A stretch of 63,729 nt of DNA, counting the filler, from Octopus bimaculoides (lineage: Eukaryota), in the NCBI RefSeq assembly GCF_001194135.2. It is 5 parts of 4 records of this genome, joined end to end, with 100 filler letters (N's around TTAATTAATTAA, not from the genome) between each part and the next. Parts side by side here need not be neighbours in the genome. Positions count along the whole stretch, not along the records: positions 14,728 to 44,719 come from NC_068986.1; positions 44,820 to 57,721 come from NC_068995.1; 3 more parts are not named here. One strand, given 5' to 3'. A program made the translations under genes and the position numbers. Numbering within the stretch: the stretch's first letter is position 1; each line of letters starts with the position of its first letter. The notes under the pieces were generated by a model that saw only the letters and a program-made list of their open reading frames with translations, was not told where the DNA came from and did no database searches. Of the stretch, positions 36,495-50,400 are shown piece by piece.

Positions 36495-37706
36495 TGTAAA
36501 GACGAAAATGAGAGATTTTATTTTGAAATTCATCTTTGCCTCAATCTTGAATTCCTTTGCAATCTTGATTTTCTATGTTTCTTTTTTATTTGTTGATTTT
36601 GTTTAAAACCTGCCGCATCAATTCACTGATCCCATGAAAATGGTGTTTCTTCCCGTATGTTATACTTTGACATCAAATCTTACCGAGTTAAATTTCGATG
36701 TTAATCCTACACATAAAATAAAAATTTACCAATGAAATACTGGTTCATCTAATGGACTAACAACTTCATCAAGAGGTATTTTATTACAATATTAAATTAC
36801 AAACTTTTATGTCCAGAGTACAAGTTGACAATATCTTTTATTCGCATTTATCATCTTAATAGAGAAAAGGAATAAATGTAATTTTTATTTTTCTGAATTC
36901 GGGCAAGTCTATTTTGATGGAAAGGGGAAATGAACAAAATATCTGAAATCATAACTCTTGTTAGCTTTTATATCTGGCTACACTGCTAATTTATCTAATA
37001 TATAGAAATAAAGGAACTATTTCTATTATTAGTTATTCAAGCAACTACAAAATGGATTTGTCGTTTGCTTAATAAGTAAAGGTAATGATAATGAAACAGC
37101 TGTTGAGTACAACTATATTATGAACTGTATCAGAAATTGCACACATTGCGTTTTCCCCCCTTAACTAGAAGAAAAACTGGATAACGTGAATGCTATGCAA
37201 CATTTTGTGTATAATACTACACCTAAATCAAAATTTAGAATTCAATCATTACCTCACAATCTTAGACATATTTCTATTAAACTTCTACTCGCCAATTGTC
37301 TTAGACATTTCGAAAATTCTTGCTACACCGCTAGCCTAATATATATATATATGTGTGTGTGTGGTTTTGACAAAACTAATTCAATGTAGCAACAAAATTG
37401 TTGATCAACACAGGAGAAATAAAATGAAGGGAAATCAAACAGCCATTATAAATGGTAGATTCAGCGTTGAATTATCTTCAAGTTTCTCGAGATTTATGCG
37501 AATAAAAGAAAATAAACCAGTTTCCGGAATTCCAGAACCAATAGAAAAATACGAACATAAAAGAGAGCGAGACAAAGAAAGGAAAGTTACACGTGTACAC
37601 GTCCATACATATACGTAGATAATGGTTACAAATACCAGGCGCACGCGCACACGCCAACACTTAGATTAAAGTGTAAGCATATATGTGTTTATGTGTATGT
37701 GTGTGC

Positions 37707-37774
<68 letters not shown>

Positions 37775-38074
37775 TTATATATCTGTACACATACATATAA
37801 TATATATATACATGTATATACATATATTAAAAATATATGTGTGCATATATATATATATAGATATATATATATATATATGTATGTATTTAAGTAAGCGTAT
37901 GCATATGTATGTCTGCGTATGTGTGAGTGTATGCGTGTGCGTGTATGTGTATTGTGCAGTATTGTATTTGGGTGCAAGCGACTATGTATGTTAGCAACAC
38001 AGGAGTAAAGCAAAAGAATACAAATCTAAATAAACACACACATGCACACACACACGCACACACAACACATACAC

Positions 38075-38135
38075 AACCACACACCGCCACACACCGCCAC
38101 ATACCGCCACACACCGCCACACACCGCCACACACG
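38075..38135. repeat. 10 bp tandem repeat CACACCGCCA, about 5 copies
   Basis: Direct reading. Confidence 0.85.
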
Positions 38136-39221
38136 CCAGCGCGCCCGCACAAACACACACACATGCACGCACAAACCATTCAATTGGTTTCAATTGCTTT
38201 GCGTAGGTCTTTTAACATGGTTTGACTCTAGTGNNNNNNNNNNNNNNNNNNNNNNNNNNNNNNNNNNNNNNNNNNNNNNNNNNNNNNNNNNNNNNNNNNN
38301 NNNNNNNNNNNNNNNNNNNNNNNNNNNNNNNNNNNNNNNNNNNNNNNNNNNNNNNNNNNNNNNNNNNNNNNNNNNNNNNNNNNNNNNNNNNNNNNNNNNN
38401 NNNNNNNNNNNNNNNNNNNNNNNNNNNNNNNNNNNNNNNNNNNNNNNNNNNNNNNNNNNNNNNNNNNNNNNNNNNNNNNNNNNNNNNNNNNNNNNNNNNN
38501 NNNNNNNNNNNNNNNNNNNNNNNNNNNNNNNNNNNNNNNNNNNNNNNNNNNNNNNNNNNNNNNNNNNNNNNNNNNNNNNNNNNNNNNNNNNNNNNNNNNN
38601 NNNNNNNNNNNNNNNNNNNNNNNNNNNNNNNNNNNNNNNNNNNNNNNNNNNNNNNNNNNNNNNNNNNNNNNNNNNNNNNNNNNNNNNNNNNNNNNNNNNN
38701 NNNNNNNNNNNNNNNNNNNNNNNNNNNNNNNNNNNNNNNNNNNNNNNNNNNNNNNNNNNNNNNNNNNNNNNNNNNNNNNNNNNNNNNNNNNNNNNNNNNN
38801 NNNNNNNNNNNNNNNNNNNNNNNNNNNNNNNNNNNNNNNNNNNNNNNNNNNNNNNNNNNNNNNNNNNNNNNNNNNNNNNNNNNNNNNNNNNNNNNNNNNN
38901 NNNNNNNNNNNNNNNNNNNNNNNNNNNNNNNNNNNNNNNNNNNNNNNNNNNNNNNNNNNNNNNNNNNNNNNNNNNNNNNNNNNNNNNNNNNNNNNNNNNN
39001 NNNNNNNNNNNNNNNNNNNNNNNNNNNNNNNNNNNNNNNNNNNNNNNNNNNNNNNNNNNNNNNNNNNNNNNNNNNNNNNNNNNNNNNNNNNNNNNNNNNN
39101 NNNNNNNNNNNNNNNNNNNNNNNNNNNNNNNNNNNNNNNNNNNNNNNNNNNNNNNNNNNNNNNNNNNNNNNNNNNNNNNNNNNNNNNNNNNNNNNNNNNN
39201 NNNNNNNNNNNNNNNNNNNNN

Positions 39222-39255
<34 letters not shown>

Positions 39256-39564
39256 CAATACATTGTACCTAAGGTATATATATATCTGTATATATATATA
39301 TAACTTGAAATTTCCCTAGACGCAGCAAAAATAACAAGTTTAGCAATAACAACAGCAACAGCAACAACAACAACAACAATTGGTTTCATTCTTCAGTTTA
39401 CACTTGAAAAATTCCCCACGTCTATACACTTTTTCCTTCTATGAGCTATTCCGTGGAATATATAAATGCGTACACACGTACATATATGTATGTATAACAT
39501 ATGTTACAAGTACGTTTGTGTGTGTGTGTGTGTGAGTGTGTGTATGTGGTTGTGTATATACGTG

Positions 39565-39601
<37 letters not shown>

Positions 39602-39611
39602 NNNNNNNNNN

Positions 39612-39642
<31 letters not shown>

Positions 39643-40520
39643 ATATGCGCTATTGAACGAGTGTGCGTATTTTGTGCTATAAATTGCTTATTCTTGTGTA
39701 TATTTAAAATCTCCTCGGTTGAGTTTATGTAAATATATGTGCCTTTGTATAATACCATGTTTGGGATGTTGCATTTATTGCACCGCTGTATATATGTTGT
39801 AAAGGCTCAACTAATAACTGTAACGTGGGTAGTTTGTTTATATGTTTACAAATGTGTTGGTGACAGTTTGTATGTGTATGTAAATTTGTGTGTGTGTGTG
39901 AGTGAGTGTTTGTGTTTATATACTTGTATTTATGAACATGTATTGGTCTGAGAACATAGCTTTATGTAAAACGACAAAGGAAAATAAAAATGTTCGTCAG
40001 TATTTGGATGTTGTGTGTGTTATAAACAGCTTTGTATGTACGTGTGTATGGCTACATTAAAAGTATCTTAAATCCCATATGCATGAATATGAATATGAGA
40101 TACTTGTCACTTGTGCGTATGTATATGTGTGTACGTATGTATATGTGTGTACGTATGTATATGTGTGTACGTATGTCTGTGTGTGATTCTAAATGGGTAT
40201 CTCTGTTACTAATTATTCGTTTGTATGTATGCATATATATGCATATATAGAAAGAATGGTTGTAAATTTCCCTTTAAAGGTTACATCTCTGTATTTATAT
40301 CTCCTAATGCGTTCTTGTTCGCGTGTATATTTGTCTTTCATGCCACTGTGGTACACGCATGTGTTTATCATTCTTAAGAAAATTATATATGCGAATACAC
40401 GGCTATATGTGTACGTTAAGATAAAGATAGCATGCATACATACATATATAAAGATATATATAGATAGATACATACATTCAGACATACACACACATATATA
40501 TATAAATAAATATATAAATA

Positions 40521-40561
<41 letters not shown>

Positions 40562-40924
40562 NNNNNNNNNNNNNNNNNNNNNNNNNNNNNNNNNNNNNNN
40601 NNNNNNNNNNNNNNNNNNNNNNNNNNNNNNNNNNNNNNNNNNNNNNNNNNNNNNNNNNNNNNNNNNNNNNNNNNNNNNNNNNNNNNNNNNNNNNNNNNNN
40701 NNNNNNNNNNNNNNNNNNNNNNNNNNNNNNNNNNNNNNNNNNNNNNNNNNNNNNNNNNNNNNNNNNNNNNNNNNNNNNNNNNNNNNNNNNNNNNNNNNNN
40801 NNNNNNNNNNNNNNNNNNNNNNNNNNNNNNNNNNNNNNNNNNNNNNNNNNNNNNNNNNNNNNNNNNNNNNNNNNNNNNNNNNNNNNNNNNNNNNNNNNNN
40901 NNNNNNNNNNNNNNNNNNNNNNNN

Positions 40925-41008
<84 letters not shown>

Positions 41009-41303
41009 ATTTTCAAGCGAAGTTCTAAATCGATATAATGTTTATGAAATAAAGCTCAGCTGTTACTTCGTTAACTTCCATAAGATATTTATATTGTTTT
41101 CTCAAATACTTCTTGTTAAATGTATTTTTATCCCTCCCGTTCCCTCGCTCTTTCTCTCTCTTTCTCTCTCTCTCTCCTTCTCTCTCTCTATCTATCTTTC
41201 TATCTATTTATCTATCACTCCCTGCCTATCATTTTATTATGAAACTCCCACGTGGTCCCTTTGTATGTATGTATGCATGTACGTATATCTATTGGGTAAT
41301 ATA

Positions 41304-41339
<36 letters not shown>

Positions 41340-41343
41340 TATA

Positions 41344-42589
41344 AAGGGTGTGATGGGTAAACTTGCTATTTTATACTTTTAATTTGGCGCATGCGCGTGC
41401 GCATTGTTGGCTTCTGATCTTGTCGACTACACAGTAATAGTAGGGTGAGTTGGGCAGTCTGTGAAAAGAACTGCACCATGACGCAATTAACTCAGCCATA
41501 AATTAGGAAAGGACATCCTGTATTGCTTGGCATTCGCGCCCGAAGTTCGAATAAGCACATTTCAGAGAGTGGGTGTCAATCTGAGGACAGTGCAATCTGA
41601 GGACAGTGCAATCTGTGTACAGTGCAATCTGAGGACAGTGCAATCTGAGGACAGTGCAATCTGAGGACAGTGCAATTTGTGGACAGTGCAATCTGAGGAC
41701 AGTGCAATCTGAGGACAGTGCAATCTGTGGACAGTGCAATCTGAACAGTGCAATCTGAGGACAGTGCAATCTGAGGACAGTGCAATCTGAGGACAGTGCA
41801 ATCTGCGGACAGTGCAATCTGAGGACAGTGCAATCTGAGGACAGTGCAATCTGAGGACAGTGCAATCTGTGGACAGTGCAATCTGAGGACAGTGCAATCT
41901 GTGGACAGTGCAATCTGAGGACAGTGCAATCTGAGGACAGTGCAATCTGAGGACAGTGCAATCTGTGGACATGTACCGAGAGTGATAAAAATCAAACGTA
42001 CAGTTAATATCATGGTATTTGGAGTGATCACTAGTGATGGTGACGCTCTACTGCAATATTCCTACACGGCCTCAGAATCAACACACAGGCCTACATCAAG
42101 GGCCTGGAGGAGGTAGTGCTGCCCGGGGTCAAGAGAGTGGCTGCTGGAAGTGTGTGGTAACACGATTCTTCACCATGCCAAACAACCAGGAGAACCCAGT
42201 TGTAGTTGTTAGACAACTTCTGCGACCACATCACTCCTAACATCTAGCCACCTAACTCCCCACACTGTAACGCCCTTAATTCTTAGGTGTTGGGCGCAGT
42301 TGAGTGAGGGACCAACACAACTCCTTTCAACACCAAGCAATAAATGAACGCAAGGATTATAGCAGTATTCACCAGCTTAAACAGGGAGACCTTCCATAAG
42401 AGTTGCAGAAGATTCCGAAATCATCTCTAGGCCGTGGTTGAAGGATATGGCGATGTTATTGAATAAATTAACTCTTTAGTATCTCAAGATATCTTTATGT
42501 AATTTTGGTAAATATACCTGTTAAAATGAGAAGCCAGTGTTATTTCCATTTTCGCGTAATTTGGTTGATATATTATTCATGGCACCTTC
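41344..42589 (+). mobile_element. DD37D (maT-type) transposon with both ends, middle replaced by a minisatellite
   Basis: Ends TA|AAGGGTG and CACCTTC|TA. The 5' part matches the reverse complement of 8695-8942. The 3' part reads VPRVIKIKRTVNIMVFGVITSDGD...HDSSPCQTTRRTQL*LLDNFCDHITPNI*PPNSPHCNALN, with 37 residues between the second D and the mutated third position. Confidence 0.92.
41577..41971 (+). repeat. 16 bp minisatellite CAATCTGAGGACAGTG, 24 units plus a partial one
   Basis: Counted unit by unit. Variants include CTGTGGAC, CTGCGGAC, TTGTGGAC and one 14 bp unit at 41737-41750. There are no spacers. Confidence 0.97.
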
Positions 42590-42769
42590 TATATATATTT
42601 ATATATAATGTCAAATCCTTATTTCCTTCATTAAGTACGTGGCTATACACGCTGTTAAAACAGACGCATTTTATCCCCGACTCTACTTTGGTGCTTTGTT
42701 ATTGAAATATTTTGATTCTATTAGAATTCAAAACAAATACATAAATATATCTCTTTACTCTTTTATAGG

Positions 42770-42816
42770 CAGATAGACAGACAGACAGATAGATAGATAG
42801 ATAGATAGATAGATAT

Positions 42817-42866
<50 letters not shown>

Positions 42867-43150
42867 TGATAGATAGATAGATTGATAGATAGATAGATAT
42901 AGATATATGTGTGTGTGTCAGGTGTGTGGGCATGTATATGTTTGTGCGCCTGTGTTTGTTCCACCACCACCATTGGTTGACAGCCGATGTTGTGTTTACG
43001 TCCAAGGATCGTAGCGGTTCGGCAAAAGACACCGATAAAATATGTACTAAGCTCACAAAGAATAAGCCCTGGGGTAGATTTGTTCGACTAAAGGCGGTGC
43101 TCCAGCATGGCCGCAGTCAACTAACTGAAAGAAGTAAAAGGATAAAAGAA
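42770..43150 (+). mobile_element. (GATA)n followed by the 3' half of SINE family A
   Basis: GTGTTTACGTCC...TAGCGGTTCGGCAAAAGACACCGAT...GGGGTAGATTTGTTCGACTAAAGGCGGTGCTCCAGCATGGCCGCAGTC. Confidence 0.85.
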
Positions 43151-43267
43151 TCAAAGATTAAGAGAATATGTATATATACATATATACCTGTATATATATA
43201 TAATATATATATATTCATGTATGTATATGTATGTGTTCTCATACATACACATGCATACATACATACA

Positions 43268-43310
<43 letters not shown>

Positions 43311-45887
43311 GGTGTATATATTTATGTATAAATATATGTATGTATAATGGCTTATCGACAGTGCGTATACATGTGTGTAGATGAGTATATGTATGCATTT
43401 ATCCCTAGACAGATATAAATATATCAGCTCATACGACACAGAAACGCTCATAGACTTTTATTAAAGCCTGTTTTCGAACATACACTAACATATATATGCC
43501 TTGATACATATAAATCACACAATTCCAATTATTACAATAGTCACTGTCGGATACACATCTACTGTTACCACTACGCACACAATTAGCTGCTATGTTCCTG
43601 ATACAAGTGATATGAGCTCACCACTGTGCAAGTGACAATGTCATTAATACACTGTAATTAACTGTAAAGGATAGAAAAACTCTACAGTATAGGACTGGTC
43701 AGTCAGGCGCCGTCTAAAAGTATGAGCTGAATAAGAGCAGAGGACAATTCTTACCAAATCTTGAAAAGTATTTTATTAACTTTCTAAATTCTTTAGCAGA
43801 AATTAATAAAATTTATATTATATTTTAGTGTCATCTTTAACAACCCAAAATAAACCGTTAAAATTACATTTATCACATTTCCTCAACTGTTGAAACAAAA
43901 CAGCTGAGACCAAATATACGTAAATTCTTGTTGGTCTAGCCGAAGATCTTTAAAGTCAGGGAGAAAATTACAGCCAACTGTTTGAAATGTGGTAACTTTT
44001 ATACCTATTACGAACATGCATATTAACCGTTAGTCATTGACCTAGAAATACTAGTGCAAAACATATTGACTAACGTAAGCAAATTTCGAGTAGGAAAATA
44101 GCGAAGGTCAAACTGCATTGATTTACGATATCTATTTAATTTATCAATGACGGATAAATTGTTTTGTATTGCTGTTCTTGCAATCTTTTTCTCTTGGGTT
44201 GTTTTCCGAATCATCTGCAAGAACGTCGTGAAATTATCTTCAATGTCGCTGTGGTTTCAGCCCTGGAGGTCAAGTTGTAGAGCATTCCCCTTGAAACACG
44301 TCTCAGAGGCAAATATTGTCTTTGGAGCTATGCATTTCCACCACAATCCAAATCACTAATATCAATTCAACGTCGACCACCAACTCAAATCGGGGTAAAA
44401 TGGTAACCACAAACATATGAGCCATGATATCACTGTCGTTATTTTACGTTGACTGTCTTTATTTTTTGAACGAAATGCTTTAGGGTTAATTTATTGTTTG
44501 AAGCGAAATACTTCTAATGAGTGTGTCCTTTTATCTCGTTGTCAATTTTAAAATATGTCACACTCTTCATTGCCTGGTCCTCGAGAGACCACTCACCTCA
44601 CTGTTTTGGGACTGCCATGTTGGCTTGGCGATAACTATTAATTTCCAGTACCGCTGCCGTAGTCTCCTTTAGAGAGACTTAGAAATATTAATAACTCTAT
44701 TTCTGAAAACCAGTGGATANNNNNNNNNNNNNNNNNNNNNNNNNNNNNNNNNNNNNNNNNNNNTTAATTAATTAANNNNNNNNNNNNNNNNNNNNNNNNN
44801 NNNNNNNNNNNNNNNNNNNTATATATACACATATAAATATATCTATATTAGTGGCTTCGAAAACCAATATGGACACTCGTGAAACAACTTGGAGGATGTG
44901 TAGAGAAAGAGAAGGGAAATTAGACAAGGACATAGAGGAGGAGGAAGAGGAGAGAGAAAGATAGATAGAAAGAGAGAAGGGAAATGTTTGACATACATAC
45001 ACGTGTACATGTAGAAGTTGGACGAAAGTGATGTCCTCATACACACATATGCACATAGACACATACACTCAAACACATAAGCACGCACAAACACACACAC
45101 AAAAACACACACACAAAAACACACACACAAAAACACACACACAAACACAGATAGCTGTGAACAAAGAATAAATAAATTTGTGGAGAGAACAGGTGAATAA
45201 GAGTAAAAGACAGAGAGAGAGAGAGAAAATTGAAGGACAGACAGAAACGACATTTCAGAGATAGAATTGGGGAAAGAAAAATAAATAGAAATAGGGTGGG
45301 GGTGGGGACAAAAGGAGGCGGGGGTAAGCGAACGAAATGGAAAAAGAAACAGGCAGATAGACAGAGAGTAAAAGGCCAGAATGTGAGAAAGAATAAAAAG
45401 AAGAATCGGAAAGGAAAAGCGAGAGGAAAGGAAAGAAAAAAGGAAAATAGAGAATCCTGAAGAAGCTGACAAGGAGAGAGAAAGAGAGAGAGAGAGACAG
45501 ACAGAGAGAAAGACAGAGAGAGAGAGAGACAGAGAGAAAATGTGATAAAAGGAGAGTCATACGTAGGGAGAGTGTTTTTGTCGAGGAGGGAAAGAGAGTT
45601 ACTGAAGTGGCGAGTGACAGATGAGTACGTGTGATTCGTGTCAATAGCCTTTCTGTCAAGCAGGCATTGCAAGACTGACATTGTGTAAATAGCCAGTACA
45701 GTGCTGTAAGGCAAAGAAAGTGAAGAGGTGGTGGATCTTTCAGGCCTGACCAATCACTAAGCGTTTCCACTTTGATCGGCCAGACAAGAGCTGCGTTTAC
45801 TTCCTAAAGAAAACTGCCAAGACAGACCTGTCATATCTTGTCCATATTGATCTCAATTATTCATTAGACGCTGCCTCTTATTCCGCC

Positions 45888-45949
<62 letters not shown>

Positions 45950-46599
45950 ATGTGTGCGTAGAGATAGACAGATAGATACAGACATAGTTACGTGCGTCTG
46001 ATTTTGTATGCGTACGCATGTATATATGCAAGTATATATGAGGGTATGTATGCATGTATATATATTTGTGTGTGTATGTATATATATATATANNNNNNNN
46101 NNNNNNNNNNNNNNNNNNNNNNNNNNNNNNNNNNNNNNNNNNNNNNNNNNNNNNNNNNNNNNNNNNNNNNNNNNNNNNNNNNNNNNNNNNNNNNNNNNNN
46201 NNNNNNNNNNNNNNNNNNNNNNNNNNNNNNNNNNNNNNNNNNNNNNNNNNNNNNNNNNNNNNNNNNNNNNNNNNNNNNNNNNNNNNNNNNNNNNNNNNNN
46301 NNNNNNNNNNNNNNNNNNNNNNNNNNNNNNNNNNNNNNNNNNNNNNNNNNNNNNNNNNNNNNNNNNNNNNNNNNNNNNNNNNNNNNNNNNNNNNNNNNNN
46401 NNNNNNNNNNNNNNNNNNNNNNNNNNNNNNNNNNNNNNNNNNNNNNNNNNNNNNNNNNNNNNNNNNNNNNNNNNNNNNNNNNNNNNNNNNNNNNNNNNNN
46501 NNNNNNNNNNNNNNNNNNNNNNNNNNNNNNNNNNNNNNNNNNNNNNNNNNNNNNNNNNNNNNNNNNNNNNNNNNNNNNNNNATTCCATAAAAATTCATG

Positions 46600-47190
46600 A
46601 GGTATGAGAAGTCAATATATTTCATATTCGTAGGTTTACGGCCTGTTTCGTCGCCTTCATCTTGTAATAAGGATTCCTTTGTATAATGAACTATTCCTCA
46701 TGTCGAGGAAAAAAATTCATTTCGTTTCATACAATCATTAGCATTTATTTAATCTATCTGCAAATCAAATTTGAAGCTAATCGGGTGTTAAATGCAAAAG
46801 TTATTGAGCGAATAAAAAGTTGCAATCAAATTGAAAAGATCGTTTTATGTGGCGTTTTGTCCTCCCCTTATAGACTAAGTCACATATTTTTTTCTTTAAT
46901 AGTTATCCTCATAACATTTTCCACCTGTATCTCTAATTTGAAGCGAATCTGTTGAGAAATGCAAAAAAATATCTTCCGTTTGGAAATTCTCTTTCAAAAC
47001 TCCTATTGATTTTTTTTTCAATTGGCCGCTGATTTGTAATTATCGACATTTTTCAACAATCTGAATATGCCATGAGGTTTCCCGACATGAGTTCTTCTCA
47101 CGTGTCAAGTTTTATCAAAATCAATAAAATGATGTAGGAGGAGTTAACTAACAACTCTGCAAACACATCCACAGACAGAATTTTCCACAT
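46600..47190 (+). mobile_element. Putative Helentron-associated (HINE/DINE-1-like) element with ~170 bp internal subrepeats
   Basis: The AATTTGAAGC.AATC motif occurs at 46768 and 46935, and a degenerate AAGTTTTATCAAAATC at 47107. The end GTAGGAGGAGTT...ACAGACAGA...ATATATATG resembles DINE-type 3' ends. Confidence 0.45.
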
Positions 47191-47345
47191 ATATATATGT
47201 TGTGTGTCTACGTCCCCGTAACATCGCGGTGCGACAAAAGAGAATGCCAGAAGAAGTCCTGGTGTCGATTCGCTTGACTAAAGGCGGTGCTCCAGCACGG
47301 CCGCACTAAGATGAATGAAACAAATAAAAGAATAAAACAATAAAA
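47190..47345 (+). mobile_element. SINE family A, 3' half
   Basis: CGTCCCCGTAAC...AAGTCCTGGTGTCGATTCGCTTGACTAAAGGCGGTGCTCCAGCACGGCCGCA. Confidence 0.85.
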
Positions 47346-47902
47346 GATTACCTCCTGACATCTTATGGATTATATCCTCCTTATGAAATAATTTCATCGA
47401 TTCAATCTTCTGGATTTCAGATGCGATGTATTCTGCTTTAAACTCCTGCGTATTAGATCACTAGGTCATATTATATCCGGATCCAAAAGAATGTGCGAAA
47501 ATTCATGGCCTATAAATTAAAAATGTTGTGTTGATAAAGAAAAGAAAATAAGAATTTTTTTGTATGAAATTATCTGAGACAGTAAAAAACAAAATTAATC
47601 TAATTAAGAATTAATTTCACAAAATCTACTTTAATAATATTTTTCTGTTTTTCTCCGTCGCAACATATGAATGAGAAAGGAAGCGGGTGATAGATGAATA
47701 AAGAAGGATGGAATTATGGCAAACTAGTGGGATGGTGAATATTCAACGCTGAAAAGAAAAATCAAACAGCGTCTCAACTCTGTGTGTGTGTATATGTATA
47801 TGTGTGTACGTGTACAAGGGAAGTATGTAAATGTATGTGAACATTGACAAGTGTATTAATTTGATTTACCATCCATATTTATATATCAAATACTACAATT
47901 AG

Positions 47903-47934
47903 CCGTCCTTTTTGACGGTACGTGGCCAGCTAGT
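47903..47934 (+). mobile_element. Helitron-type 3' terminus
   Basis: Hairpin CCGTC-CTTTTT-GACGG, an 11 nt spacer, then CTAG|T. This is canonical Helitron 3' geometry; the 5' end was not identified. Confidence 0.5.
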
Positions 47935-49081
47935 TTATTTATAAACATCGGAGGATACCGGGTGTTTATTAACAACAAATGGACAATAAATATGGATATG
48001 TTTCAGCAATATTTATATGCAATATAATATACTCTAGTCAAACTCGGTGTCATCGGATGAGAAAAATGTATTTAACACATAAGAAAAAAAAAAACAGTTC
48101 TGATCATTAATAAGCTATGTAATTAAAAAATAAACAGAATATATGAGGGAAAAGTTCCAAAGAGTCAATGACAGACATTTTCAGAAAGAAATTGAAGAGT
48201 GAAGAACAATAAGAAAAAACGTATTTAACAAGATATACAAACAATCAATTAAGTGGAAATTTAATTTCGAAAATTTAATGCGGAAAAACAAATATGTAGC
48301 CGTAAGCATCGGAGATTCAGATTTCTGATGTAATTCAAAGAGCCAAATGCTATAATAATAATAATAATAATTATTATTATTATTATTATAATCATAATAA
48401 TAATAGACAAGAGGAAGAGCGCGATGCGATTGTAATAGGTATTTTATTGGTTGAAGGATATTTCGACAGCAAGCCTGTTATTGTCGAGTTCAAACTCAAA
48501 AGGGATAAAAATTCAAAATTATAGAAATTCAAATCTATAATTTTGAAGAAGAAGNNNNNNNNNNNNNNNNNNNNNNNNNNNNNNNNNNNNNNNNNNNNNN
48601 NNNNNNNNNNNNNNNNNNNNNNNNNNNNNNNNNNNNNNNNNNNNNNNNNNNNNNNNNNNNNNNNNNNNNNNNNNNNNNNNNNNNNNNNNNNNNNNNNNNN
48701 NNNNNNNNNNNNNNNNNNNNNNNNNNNNNNNNNNNNNNNNNNNNNNNNNNNNNNNNNNNNNNNNNNNNNNNNNNNNNNNNNNNNNNNNNNNNNNNNNNNN
48801 NNNNNNNNNNNNNNNNNNNNNNNNNNNNNNNNNNNNNNNNNNNNNNNNNNNNNNNNNNNNNNNNNNNNNNNNNNNNNNNNNNNNNNNNNNNNNNNNNNNN
48901 NNNNNNNNNNNNNNNNNNNNNNNNNNNNNNNNNNNNNNNNNNNNNNNNNNNNNNNNNNNNNNNNNNNNNNNNNNNNNNNNNNNNNNNNNNNNNNNNNNNN
49001 NNNNNNNNNNNNNNNNNNNNNNNNNNNNNNNNNNNNNNNNNNNNNNNNNNNNNNNNNNNNNNNNNNNNNNNNNNNNNNNNN

Positions 49082-49124
<43 letters not shown>

Positions 49125-49419
49125 ATACATATATGTAAGTATATATGTATGTGTGTATACGTACATGTGTGAGTGCGTGTATGCATGTATATATGTATAC
49201 ATACATAATATATAACACGCATTTATACATACATATGTATATTTGTGTGTCCTGTGTTAGCGTGTGTATTCAAACAAAATGGTCGCGACACGTGTCCTCA
49301 TAATTTAGGACAAGAGTGTGCGTCTGTATATAGAAATGAATGAAGCATTGTGGCGCACATATCCTGCACAGATGGTATTTGGGTAATAAAAAGGATAGGA
49401 CAGAGAGGGAGAAAGCGAG

Positions 49420-49455
<36 letters not shown>

Positions 49456-49559
49456 AAGACAGAAAGATGAGAAAATATTTAAGGAATAATCGTAGTAATA
49501 ATTCTATTGCTAACAGCCCGGTTCTTCCCTGACTTCAACCCAACCCATTGTAATTGCTC

Positions 49560-50331
49560 ATTTTGTAAAAACCGCCATCAACAACCACAACAACAGCTAT
49601 ACCATAATCACCTCCACAAAAGCCACAGCCAGCTTCAGTATCAATACCAATACCACCACCACCATTACGACCACCACCTCCACCATCATCACTTCGGCTG
49701 ATAATACTATCCTATCGCCCAACACCGTTTATAACTGAAACCTTCAAATTTACCACCGTCTCTAACACAACTATTGTCCCTGCTGCCTTCACAACCATCA
49801 GCAATACCACCAATAATGTCCCGATCATCTGTGCTTCTTCTACCACCACCACCACCAACTCTAGCACCACCACCACCAACACTGCCAACACCAGTATCAT
49901 CACCATCATAACGGCTTCACAGCTGCCTGCAACTAATTCCATTAGCACCACCGATGACATCACTAACACCAATAATATTGTCGCAGCTATCGTGAACTGA
50001 CATTGGCCGAGCAAAGTTAACCGTCTCCAATACCATCGACAATACCATCATCTTCATTGTTAATTACTAGATTCACAACTATCAACCTCACATACTCCAC
50101 CACCAAAAGTAGCGCCGGAACTGTAAGCATTTTAATGCCACCACCAACATCATCATCATCATCATTTACCACCACCATCATCATCTTCATCATCATCATC
50201 ATCATCGTCATTATCATTTACCATCATTATCATCATCATCATCATCGTCGTCGTCGTCATCATCATCAACATCATCATCGTCGTCGTCATCATCATTATC
50301 ATCATCATCATCAACATCATCATCGTCGTCG

Positions 50332-50369
<38 letters not shown>

Positions 50370-50400
50370 GACATCATCATCGTCATTGCCACCAAAACTA
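49560..50400. repeat. (CAC)/(CAT)/(CGT) trinucleotide low-complexity block
   Basis: Direct reading; the poly-His and poly-Met ORFs are by-products. Confidence 0.9.

Noticed and set aside
37085-37115. GAAACAGCTGTT motif
   Set aside because: No recognisable CTGANGA or stem II upstream.
41503-42031. Three overlapping minus-strand ORFs with LHCPQIALSSDCTVLR repeats, and a CRISPR-like appearance
   Set aside because: A stop-free strand of a 16 bp tandem repeat gives ORFs in all frames. There are no spacers and no cas genes, and the context is eukaryotic.
44023-44359. Opposing 65-70 aa ORFs
   Set aside because: No homology recognised, and the lengths are expected by chance.
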